In this document: one piece after another, positions 1 to 8,512 of the stretch
Layout of the letters: each line of letters begins with the position of its first letter
Position numbering within the stretch: position 1 is the stretch's first letter
Program-made: the position numbers and the translations under genes
The notes under the pieces: generated by a model
Told to the model about the DNA's origin: nothing
The model's database searches: none
The model's input: only the letters and a program-made list of their open reading frames with translations
DNA from: Desulfocapsa sulfexigens DSM 10523
Lineage (GTDB): Bacteria > Desulfobacterota > Desulfobulbia > Desulfobulbales > Desulfocapsaceae
DNA: 32,000 nucleotides
NCBI RefSeq assembly: GCF_000341395.1
Contig: NC_020304.1
Location: 3,660,001-3,692,000 of the forward strand
Direction of reading: 5' to 3'

Positions 1-172
1 ACTTGCAAACCCTTATGGTATCATCCCGGTTAACCCGGCAAAACACCCCCATGTAAAAAACGATCTGGCCATGGCTTTTGTTGAATGGATCACCGGACCA
101 GAAGGACAAAAACTTATCGGTGACTATCGTCTCGAAGGAAAACAGCTTTTCTTCCCCGATGCCATCAAATAG
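1..172 (+). CDS. tupA: C-terminal end of an ABC transporter substrate-binding protein, probably tungstate-binding TupA (5' truncated by window edge)
   Basis: Open frame reading ...NPYGIIPVNPAKHPHVKNDLAMAFVEWITGPEGQKLIGDYRLEGKQLFFPDAIK*, typical of the TupA/ModA-like C-terminus; immediately upstream of a TupB/TupC-type pair. Confidence 0.85.
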   Translation, partial: LANPYGIIPVNPAKHPHVKNDLAMAFVEWITGPEGQKLIGDYRLEGKQLFFPDAIK

Positions 173-198
173 AAAAACCTTGCATCATCTCTAAAAAT

Positions 199-233
199 AA
201 GGGAGAAGTGATGTTTTGCTTCTCCCTTTTTTT
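199..233 (+). terminator. Rho-independent terminator between tupA and tupB
   Basis: Perfect 10-bp stem AAGGGAGAAG / CTTCTCCCTT with a 10-nt loop, followed by a 7-T run (227-233). Confidence 0.85.
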
Positions 234-331
234 ATAGGAACCAGGGGCCTGCAAGTACTGTTTTACCCCCTATGCTTTACCTAATAAACAGCAGTTTACT
301 ATTGTTTTCTATCCCATCACAAAAGAACTGA

Positions 332-1036
332 ATGGATCTCCTCTTTGACAGTATACAATCTGCAATTGCCCTTCTTCTGACGCGTGACCCTGAGTTACTC
401 AACATAGTCTGGGTATCCGTGAAAGTCAGTGCTTTATCCACGGTTATAGCCTCACTTGCAGGTATTCCCGGAGGATTCCTCATTGCCTATTCCGAGTTTT
501 ATGGAAAACGGCTGCTCCTTACTTGCCTTAACACCTTACTGGCACTTCCTACGGTGGTTATAGGTCTTCTGGTCTACTCCTTTATTTCACGGCGTGGAAT
601 ACTCGGACCAATGGAACTTCTCTATACCCAGAAAGCCATAATTATCGGCCAGGTCATTTTAATTGTCCCCCTTATCTGCTCCTTAACCATTGCAGCTATC
701 AGCAGGATAGATACCCGCTATCGAAAGACAGCTCTCACCCTTGGGGCAACACAAAAGCAGATGGCCCTGGTGATCATTAAAGAAGCCCGTTATGGCATTG
801 GCGCTGCTGTTATTGCTGCATTTGGTAGAGTCATAGCCGAAGTTGGAATCAGCATGATGCTTGGAGGAAATGCCAAAGGCTTTACCCGCACCATGACTAC
901 AGCCATGGCCCTTGAATATGACAAAGGTGAATTTGTCCTGTCCGTGGCCCTTGGTCTTACACTCATGAGCATAGCTTTTGCAGTAAATATGCTCTTCCAT
1001 TTTTTTCAGGGAAGGACCAGGGTCGATGCTGTATAA
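332..1036 (+). CDS. tupB: ABC transporter permease, tungstate type (TupB-like)
   Basis: 234-aa multi-TM protein with a BPD_transp_1-like EAA region (RKTALTLGATQKQMALVIIKEARYGIGAAVIAAFGRVIAEVGISMMLGGN), between a substrate-binding protein and an ATPase gene. Confidence 0.88.
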   Translation: MDLLFDSIQSAIALLLTRDPELLNIVWVSVKVSALSTVIASLAGIPGGFLIAYSEFYGKRLLLTCLNTLLALPTVVIGLLVYSFISRRGILGPMELLYTQKAIIIGQVILIVPLICSLTIAAISRIDTRYRKTALTLGATQKQMALVIIKEARYGIGAAVIAAFGRVIAEVGISMMLGGNAKGFTRTMTTAMALEYDKGEFVLSVALGLTLMSIAFAVNMLFHFFQGRTRVDAV

Positions 1037-2045
1037 AATCCGTAAAATGACAAAGACTTTTAAGAATCGGACGATATTAAATCTTGAACAACTCGATATC
1101 GAGAAGGGAAAGATCTATGCTCTCGTTGGTGCAAATGGCGCTGGAAAGACAACCCTTCTCAACATCCTGTCATTTCTCGACAAACCCCATACAGGACAGC
1201 TTGATTTTTGTGGAGAACCGGTTCTGTACGGCAACCACCAACTCCTGAAACTCAGACGCAAGGTTGTCCTCCTTGACCAATACCCCATACTCTTCACAGG
1301 ACCAGTATGGAAAAATATAGAATTTGGCCTCAAGGTCCGATCCATTCCCAGAGCGCAATGCAAAAAACGTGTTGAGGAAGTCCTCAATCTTGTTGGGATG
1401 GGGGATTTTTTCCATGCAGAAGGTCATAAACTTTCCGGTGGAGAGACCAAACGAGTAGCTTTGGCCAGAGCACTGGCAATAGAGCCTGAAGTACTCCTCT
1501 GTGATGAACCAACAGCAAATGTGGACGCTGAAAATCAGGCAATCATCCTGAACATTTTACAGCAGATTAACTCTGAGCAAAAAACTTCGATTATCTTTGC
1601 CACTCACTACCTCTCCCAGATGCGAAGGCTGGCCAGCCATACCCTTACCCTGGAACATGGCCATCTCTCACAGCAAAAGAAAGAAAATAGCTATACCTGT
1701 ACCGTGATAACCAGAAAAGAGAATGGACTGCTCTGTTATCTCAATGACGCAGTTTCTCTTTTTTTTGCCGGGAATAGTCATCCAGAAGTAGAAAAAGGTA
1801 CAAAAATCCACATAGACCCACTCAGAATTTCCATTGGTAAATCAAAAAACAGTCTTGCAGAAAACACACTGCGGGGAGTTGTCGTTAAGATTGAACAAAA
1901 TAACACTCTCATTCGAATTGACATGGATTGTGGTTTACGAATACGTGTTGTACTGACAAAAGACGAATACCGTGACCTTCAGCCACAGGTAGGTGAGAAA
2001 CTGCAAATAGGTATCCCGGATGAAGCTATAGAGTTCAGCCCCTAA
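1026..2045 (+). CDS. tupC: ABC transporter ATP-binding protein with C-terminal TOBE-like domain (TupC-like)
   Basis: Walker A GANGAGKTT, signature LSGGETKRVALARAL, Walker B LLCDEPTANVD; C-terminal LRGVVVKIEQNNTLIRIDMDCGLRIRVVLTKDEY resembles a molybdate/tungstate-binding TOBE domain; overlaps tupB by 11 nt. Confidence 0.88.
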   Translation: MLYKIRKMTKTFKNRTILNLEQLDIEKGKIYALVGANGAGKTTLLNILSFLDKPHTGQLDFCGEPVLYGNHQLLKLRRKVVLLDQYPILFTGPVWKNIEFGLKVRSIPRAQCKKRVEEVLNLVGMGDFFHAEGHKLSGGETKRVALARALAIEPEVLLCDEPTANVDAENQAIILNILQQINSEQKTSIIFATHYLSQMRRLASHTLTLEHGHLSQQKKENSYTCTVITRKENGLLCYLNDAVSLFFAGNSHPEVEKGTKIHIDPLRISIGKSKNSLAENTLRGVVVKIEQNNTLIRIDMDCGLRIRVVLTKDEYRDLQPQVGEKLQIGIPDEAIEFSP

Positions 2046-2070
2046 TCCGGGAAAATATTGGTAGTAAAAA

Positions 2071-2361
2071 TTACTCCTGCAAAAGTGCTGCAAGCTCTTC
2101 AGGGGTAAGAATGGAGCGTACCCCCTGACTGCGTCGCTTTTCAATTGTCCGGGGTTCCTGCCCTCTACACCGATCCACACCCGGTCTAGCGTTTGACAAG
2201 ACTCTCATCCAGGACTTGATTGAACGTCTTGGAGGTGGTTCGGCGTCACGATAATCAAACCGTCGTTCGTGGGATGCTCTTCTTTCAGAAAGCGCCCTGC
2301 GCTCCCCCCCGCCATTCCGCCTTTCCACTTCGTCCCAGTACTGCAAGTCTTTGTTCCCCAC
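2071..2361 (-). CDS. Small Arg-rich hypothetical protein with ERR-type repeats
   Basis: 96-aa ORF in an otherwise uncovered interval; internal motif series GGGERRALSERRASHERRFDYRD...EKRR. Confidence 0.55.
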   Translation of the reverse strand: MGNKDLQYWDEVERRNGGGERRALSERRASHERRFDYRDAEPPPRRSIKSWMRVLSNARPGVDRCRGQEPRTIEKRRSQGVRSILTPEELAALLQE

Positions 2362-2528
2362 AAGTCTTAATCGATACTACAATTTTTCAACAACGGGGAA
2401 AACGGTACACAACATTCGTGGGCAATTCACTAAAATAATCCATTTCGTTTCCAGTACCTGGCTCCTTCAACCAACTCGCAACTGCAACTCCCTTCACTCG
2501 TGAAAAATGCAGGCTAATCCTGAGATCA

Positions 2529-5012
2529 TCATCCGTTCACAGGAACCCTCCAGATCTCCTCAGCATACTGACGGATGGTACGATCACTGGAAAATTTTCC
2601 CATTCTGGCAACATTGAGAATGGATTTTCGCGTCCATTGCTGGTGGTCCAGAAAGGCGTCGTTCACTCTACCTTGACATTCCAGATATGACTCCAGGTCA
2701 AGCATCAGCAAATAGGGGTCATGCTCACTGAGGAGACTGTCAACGAGAGGTCTGAAGAACTCACCATCTCCGCGGCTGAAAGAACCGTTCTGAATACTGT
2801 CCATAACGGCTCCAATCACACTGTTTTCGTCACAGATACTCCGCGGCGAACGACTGACATTCAGGCGTTCATATTCGGCTTCTGCCGCCGTCATTCCAAA
2901 AATAAAGATATTCTCTTCACCAACTTCCTCAAGAATCTCAATATTAGCACCATCAAGTGTCCCGATGGTGAGGGCGCCATTGAGCGAAAATTTCATGTTT
3001 CCGGTACCGGAGGCCTCGGTCCCGGCAGTTGAAATCTGTTCGGAGAGATCGGCTGCCGGCATAATCACTTCAGCCTGCGAGACGTTGTAGTTAGGGAGAA
3101 AGACAACCCGCAGTTTTTCACCAATGCGAGGATCTTTATTCACCACCTCTCCGATGGAAGTAATGAGTTTGACGATTAGCTTGGCCTTCCAATATGTAGG
3201 CGCTGCTTTTCCGGCAAAAATAATACAGCGCGGAACGAGGTTCTCCTCGGGATGCCGTAACATTCTGTGATAGAGAGCTATCACATGCAGGCAATTTAAA
3301 AGCTGTCTCTTATACTCATGAATTCTCTTTACCTGTACATCAAACATGGCATGCGGATTTACAACAATTCCGCATTCTTTTTCAATAAGGCTGGCCAGGC
3401 GCTTCTTGTTTCCAAGTTTAACCTCCTGCCATTGTTTGCAAAATTCAGTATCATCTGCAAAATTTTCAAGATCTCTAAGCTTATCGAGATCAGTTACCCA
3501 ATCGCTGCCAATATGATCACTAATGAGGGTGGAAAGTGCTGGGTTTGCAAGTTTAAGCCAGCGACGTGGGGTAATACCATTTGTCTTCGAATTAAACTTA
3601 CCCGGATAAAATTCATGAAAGCTTTTAAAAAGATTATTTTTAAGCAGTTTGGTGTGCAGTTCGGCCACACCATTTACTGAATGACTACCAACAATAGCAA
3701 GATGAGCCATACGAATTTTCTTAACATCTCCTTCTTCAATGATTGACATGGCCCGGAGACGATTCACATCACCAGGATACTGCATTTTCACAAGATCAAG
3801 AAAGTGCTTATTAATCTCAAAAATGATCTCCAGATGTCTGGGGAGAACTTTTCCCATCATCTCAACTGTCCATTTTTCCAACGCTTCAGGCATCAGCGTA
3901 TGATTAGTGTAGGCAAATGTATGAGTGCAGATATTCCATGCCTTTTCCCAGTTTAATCCTTCGACGTCCAGGAGAAGTCGCATTAATTCCGGAATGGCAA
4001 TTGCGGGATGAGTATCATTGAGCTGAACAGCAACCCTGTTGCTGAATTTATCAAAATTAGAATTTTCCTTCTTTTTATAACGCCGCATAATATCCTGGAA
4101 AGTTGCGGCGACAAAGAAATACTGCTGTTTCAGACGCAGTTCCTGGCCGGCAAGATTGTGGTCAGGCGGATAAAGTACCTTGGAGATAGTCTCGGAACTG
4201 ACCTTGGACTGGACCGCACCGATATAATCTCCCCTGGAAAAGAAATTAAGATCCAACTCCCTTGAGGCACGTGCAGTCCAGAGTCGCATGTTTACCACAT
4301 GATCATTCTTATACCCTGGAATCATGATATCACAGGGAATTGCCATAACGTCCTCGGTATCGACCCACCGCACCCGAAAGCTGCCGTTTTCATCTTGATA
4401 ACTGCTCAGGCGTCCGTAAAATTGGACTGAAAAAACCGGCAATTTCCGATCAAATTCCCATGGAGTGCCGTGACGCAGCCAGTTATCCGGACTCTCAATC
4501 TGATATCCATCAATAAGCTGTTGATAAAAAAGTCCATATTCATAGCGAATACCGTAGCCATAGGCTGGAATTTTCAAGGTGGCAATGGAGTCCATAAAAC
4601 AGGCAGCTAGACGTCCGAGACCACCATTTCCAAGGGCAGCATCCTCCTCTTCTTCGGCAAGATCATTCAGATCAAATCCCAGTTCTTCGACAGCAATTTT
4701 GACCTCATTGTATATGCCTAGATTAATCATGGCATTACTCAGAGAGCGACCTATGAGAAATTCCAGCGACAGATAATAGACCCGCTTTTTTTCTTTTTCA
4801 TAATAGGTTTTCTGGGTCTCAATCCACTTTCCCGTCATGATATCACGCATGGTATAGGCAAGAGCCTTATAAATATCACTGTTACCCGCCCGCTCCGGAT
4901 CACGCCCCTGGAAACTCATGACATGATGCAGAATGTTCTTTTTTAGATCATCAATGGACGTCGGACAAAAAGGTTCCGTACAGACATTTGTTTTTCTTAC
5001 TTTTCCGGCCAT
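2529..5012 (-). CDS. glgP: Glycogen/starch/alpha-glucan phosphorylase
   Basis: Long ORF with YYLSLEFLIGRSL, ALGNGGLGRLAACFMDS, VQLNDTHPAIAIPE, NGITPRRW, PLP-lysine region EASGTGNMKFSLNGALTIGTLDGANIEI. The given ORF opens at 5069, but ATG 5012 is preceded by a strong Shine-Dalgarno (GGGAAGGTGAATAC-ATG). Confidence 0.97.
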   Translation of the reverse strand: MAGKVRKTNVCTEPFCPTSIDDLKKNILHHVMSFQGRDPERAGNSDIYKALAYTMRDIMTGKWIETQKTYYEKEKKRVYYLSLEFLIGRSLSNAMINLGIYNEVKIAVEELGFDLNDLAEEEEDAALGNGGLGRLAACFMDSIATLKIPAYGYGIRYEYGLFYQQLIDGYQIESPDNWLRHGTPWEFDRKLPVFSVQFYGRLSSYQDENGSFRVRWVDTEDVMAIPCDIMIPGYKNDHVVNMRLWTARASRELDLNFFSRGDYIGAVQSKVSSETISKVLYPPDHNLAGQELRLKQQYFFVAATFQDIMRRYKKKENSNFDKFSNRVAVQLNDTHPAIAIPELMRLLLDVEGLNWEKAWNICTHTFAYTNHTLMPEALEKWTVEMMGKVLPRHLEIIFEINKHFLDLVKMQYPGDVNRLRAMSIIEEGDVKKIRMAHLAIVGSHSVNGVAELHTKLLKNNLFKSFHEFYPGKFNSKTNGITPRRWLKLANPALSTLISDHIGSDWVTDLDKLRDLENFADDTEFCKQWQEVKLGNKKRLASLIEKECGIVVNPHAMFDVQVKRIHEYKRQLLNCLHVIALYHRMLRHPEENLVPRCIIFAGKAAPTYWKAKLIVKLITSIGEVVNKDPRIGEKLRVVFLPNYNVSQAEVIMPAADLSEQISTAGTEASGTGNMKFSLNGALTIGTLDGANIEILEEVGEENIFIFGMTAAEAEYERLNVSRSPRSICDENSVIGAVMDSIQNGSFSRGDGEFFRPLVDSLLSEHDPYLLMLDLESYLECQGRVNDAFLDHQQWTRKSILNVARMGKFSSDRTIRQYAEEIWRVPVNG

Positions 5013-5331
5013 GTATTCACCTTCCCAGAATAAATTTATGTGGGGTTTGTATGTTATTAATTCTGTCACGTTTTATTTGTATATGTCAAAATAAAACTCT
5101 GATTCATAATGGAAAGAATCTCAACAGAAAGCAACATAAAATAGGGGACCGACGGTGGAAGATCCGATGATGCTGGCATCAATGGCTGAGTTTTGATGAT
5201 AATCGGAAAATTATTTCACCAAAATCCGACATAGTGATAAACTGCAATCAGGTCATCAGATATGACGCCAGAATCACAAATTGCTTTCTATGCATTTCGG
5301 TTATACTTAAACCTTCTCAAATGGGATGCCC

Positions 5332-7767
5332 ATGAAGATACGTGCTATCACTCCACAAGAGGCCTATCATCAGTGTAACATTGATGATTTTTCCTTTGAA
5401 ACGACCACCGAAGTTGAAGAACTCACCCGTTATATCGGTCAGGATCGAGCCCTTGAGGCGATGGAATTCGGCATCTCAATGCGTCACCGTGGTTTTAATC
5501 TTTTTGTTATCGGGCCAGAGGGCTCTGGTCGCCACAGTGTTGTTCAAACATTTATCAATCGGAAGGCCTCCGATGAACCATGTCCGGATGACTGGTGTTA
5601 CGTCTTTAATTTTGAACAGCCCCATAAACCGCTGGCCTTAAAATTACCCCCCAAACAAGGCCCCGTATTCAAACAGGAGATGCATATCCTGATTGATACC
5701 CTGAAAACCACCCTTCCCACCATTTTTGAAGGGGATGATTACCGCGTTAAAAAAAGAGCAATCAATGAACACCTGAGGCAGGAAGTTGATGAAATTTATG
5801 AGGCCATCATCAAAGAGGGTAAAAAAGAATCCATTGCTGTAATCAGGAATGAACAGGGCATAGTATTCACCCCTCTGGACAACAAGGGGAACCCCATGGA
5901 TCTCGAAGCATTTCATAAGCTTCCCGCTGAGGAGCAAAACACTTTCGAAGAGAAGATTGAAAAGCTGCATACCTTACTGCAAAATAGTATTCATAAAATT
6001 GGTACCCTCAACCGTGATGCAAAGGAACAAAAGCGTCAATTAAAAAAAGAAACCGCCAGCCGCTGTGTCGGTCACCATCTCTCCACCCTGAAGGCTAAAT
6101 ATTACGCAGATAAGGGAGCAATTTTTCACTATTTACAATGTGTCGAAAAACAACTCATCGAAAATTCAGATGATTTTCTTGATCGTCCAGACCCCAGACA
6201 GGAAGAGTTTCTTCCATTTATTCATACTCCTCCCTCCTTTGCTCAATACGAAGTCAACGTTCTGATAACCCATGAGAGAAATGGCGCTCCAGTGGTGTAT
6301 GAAGATCTTCCCACTTACCAGAACCTCCATGGCCGTATAGAACACCAGGCACAGATGGGAATGCTTACAACAAACTTTTCACTTATCATGCCCGGTGCGC
6401 TGCATCGGGCCAACGGTGGTTACATCATCATTGATGCCGGGAGACTTCTGTCGCAACCGTTTGCCTATGAAGGGCTCAAACGGACTCTTCGCTCAGGACA
6501 GATCCGCATGGAACCCGTTGAGCGCCTCTTTGGCCTGATGAGCACGGTTAGCCTTGAGCCCGAGCCCATTCCACTTGACACGAAGGTTATACTCATCGGC
6601 GAACCGATGCTCTACTACCTCCTCTGTGACTATGACCCTGAATTTTCGACGCTTTTTAAAGTGCAGGCGGATTTCGAATATGACATGGAGCGTACCACAG
6701 TCAGTCAGCAGCGCTATGCAGCACTCATTGCCGGACTTGCCCGTGAAAACAAACTCCTGCCACTGCATAAAACGGCAGTTGCACGCGTGATTGAGGAAGC
6801 TGCCAGGCACGCCAATGACTGTCAAAAACTCTCCCTCCATATTAGAAAAATTGCCGATCTGATTAAGGAGGCGGATTATATTGCCAGCAGTAGTGGAAAG
6901 GAAAGTATTGAATCACAGGATATTGAAATGGCTGTCACTGCCTCCAGACGACGTGGAGGACGTATCCGCAATCGAATGCTGGAATCCATAGAGGACGGTA
7001 TCCGTCATATCGCTACAAGTGGCGAAGAAGAGGGGCAGGTAAATGGTCTCTCCGTGGTAGAAATTGGTGGTGATGCCTTTGGTTTTCCCAGTCGCATTAC
7101 CGCCGTCACTCGAATGGGAAAAGGTGACATTGTCGACATCGAGCGTGAGGCTGATCTGGGTGGCCCTATCCACTCCAAGGGCGTAATGATATTAAGTTCA
7201 TTCTTAAGTTCCCGTTATGTTCCCGACCTCCCGCTCGGTCTCCAGGCAAGTTTGGTATTTGAGCAGTCCTATGGCAAAGTAGATGGGGACAGCGCATCCT
7301 GTGCAGAGCTCTGCGCTCTGCTCTCTTCACTTGCTGGTGTGGCAGTCAAACAATCTCTTGCCCTTACCGGTTCTGTCAGCCAAAAGGGAGAGCTTCAGCC
7401 CGTGGGTGGCCTGAACGAAAAAATCGAAGGATTTTTCGATGTGTGTGCGGCAAGAGGATTGACCGGTGACGAGGGCGTTATTATTCCAGAAAAAAATCTC
7501 CGCCATCTGATGCTGAAAAAGGAAGTAGTCAACGCTATTGCCGAGAAAAAGTTTTTCATTTATTTGGCTGCGAATGTGGACGAAGCTCTGTCACTGCTTA
7601 CAGGACAGGACGCAGGAGAACGTGACAATGAAGGTTTCTATCCGGAGGACTCCATCAACGGCCGAGTTGAAGCTACCCTTACCAACTTTGCCATGGCTCT
7701 GCAGGAGTTTGACCAGGGCAAAGAGAACAATGGAAAGGAGACGAAATCTGTAATTATAACAAAATAA
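5332..7767 (+). CDS. Lon-like ATP-dependent protease (AAA_32 / S16 C-terminal protease domain)
   Basis: IGQDRALEAMEFGISMRHRGFNLFVIGPEGSGRHS; catalytic S16 Ser/Lys motifs GDSASCAELCALLSSL and GGLNEKIEGFFDVC. The ORF opens at 5326; the second in-frame ATG (5332) is an equally likely start. Confidence 0.92.
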   Translation: MKIRAITPQEAYHQCNIDDFSFETTTEVEELTRYIGQDRALEAMEFGISMRHRGFNLFVIGPEGSGRHSVVQTFINRKASDEPCPDDWCYVFNFEQPHKPLALKLPPKQGPVFKQEMHILIDTLKTTLPTIFEGDDYRVKKRAINEHLRQEVDEIYEAIIKEGKKESIAVIRNEQGIVFTPLDNKGNPMDLEAFHKLPAEEQNTFEEKIEKLHTLLQNSIHKIGTLNRDAKEQKRQLKKETASRCVGHHLSTLKAKYYADKGAIFHYLQCVEKQLIENSDDFLDRPDPRQEEFLPFIHTPPSFAQYEVNVLITHERNGAPVVYEDLPTYQNLHGRIEHQAQMGMLTTNFSLIMPGALHRANGGYIIIDAGRLLSQPFAYEGLKRTLRSGQIRMEPVERLFGLMSTVSLEPEPIPLDTKVILIGEPMLYYLLCDYDPEFSTLFKVQADFEYDMERTTVSQQRYAALIAGLARENKLLPLHKTAVARVIEEAARHANDCQKLSLHIRKIADLIKEADYIASSSGKESIESQDIEMAVTASRRRGGRIRNRMLESIEDGIRHIATSGEEEGQVNGLSVVEIGGDAFGFPSRITAVTRMGKGDIVDIEREADLGGPIHSKGVMILSSFLSSRYVPDLPLGLQASLVFEQSYGKVDGDSASCAELCALLSSLAGVAVKQSLALTGSVSQKGELQPVGGLNEKIEGFFDVCAARGLTGDEGVIIPEKNLRHLMLKKEVVNAIAEKKFFIYLAANVDEALSLLTGQDAGERDNEGFYPEDSINGRVEATLTNFAMALQEFDQGKENNGKETKSVIITK

Positions 7768-7800
7768 CAGTACCTGCTTTTTGTCCAGGATACTTCCTTT

Positions 7801-8283
7801 TTACCTACTCCACAGAACACGAATCGTTTTCTCACCATCACCATAGGCAAATGAAAATTCACCCTGGTAGGCTCGGGATATTGCCTCTCCGATCCGACGG
7901 GCAATATGTATACCAGTGGTTGTTATAAGAGTTAATTCATCTTCCTCACTTATATCCATGATTCTTTCCAATGGGTGCTCACCTTTTTCCTGTTGCTCCA
8001 CATTACGGATAAGCTGGAATATCTCTTCTTCATGTTTTTTAAGAAAGGATCCTTTAAGCTCAACAATACCTGCCGGATAATTATCACTGATGCGTTGGCA
8101 GGCGGGACAAACCACCATGTTTGCCCTGGCAGGCGGCTCATACCAGGTCCAGCGCCCCTCAATATAGACAGAATCACACTGTGAACACACAGTTGGTTCC
8201 GGCCATTTCCTGCCATCGCTATAGGTATCATGTCGTTTTTCCTGCATTAACCTGTCACGTCGTCCGTATTGGCCTTTATCCAT
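7801..8283 (-). CDS. BCAM0308-like protein with CxxC zinc-ribbon-like cysteines
   Basis: 160-aa ORF with CSQCDSVYIEGRW and VVCPACQRISDNYPAGIVELKG; two CxxC pairs typical of BCAM0308-annotated proteins. Confidence 0.75.
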   Translation of the reverse strand: MDKGQYGRRDRLMQEKRHDTYSDGRKWPEPTVCSQCDSVYIEGRWTWYEPPARANMVVCPACQRISDNYPAGIVELKGSFLKKHEEEIFQLIRNVEQQEKGEHPLERIMDISEEDELTLITTTGIHIARRIGEAISRAYQGEFSFAYGDGEKTIRVLWSR

Positions 8284-8512
8284 CGTACGTTCTCCCTGTA
8301 ATTTTTATCCTGCCTGTTCATTTCTACCGAAGAGCCTTATACTGTTAATTATATGACAGACAAAAATTCCATGGTAGGTAAAAATGAGCCAAGCACTTTT
8401 TAATCGATTATATAACGATATTTCTCTTCCCCGGCACAACCAGTAATAAAGGGAAAATCACCTTTAGCACATAGCGCAAAAAATAAGTTTCCCTACCAAA
8501 CCAGGAGTAAAC

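Noticed and set aside
2721-4776. Several ORFs of 60-120 aa on the + strand within this interval (for example 2721-3032, 4008-4265) and a - strand-internal ORF at 3318-3680 (+).
   Set aside because: They lie antisense to the well-supported glycogen phosphorylase gene and have no recognisable motifs; typical shadow ORFs.
5342-5970. Alternative-frame ORFs inside the Lon-like protease gene (5342-5641 +, 5644-5970 -).
   Set aside because: Fully contained in a gene with intact family motifs; no domain pattern of their own.
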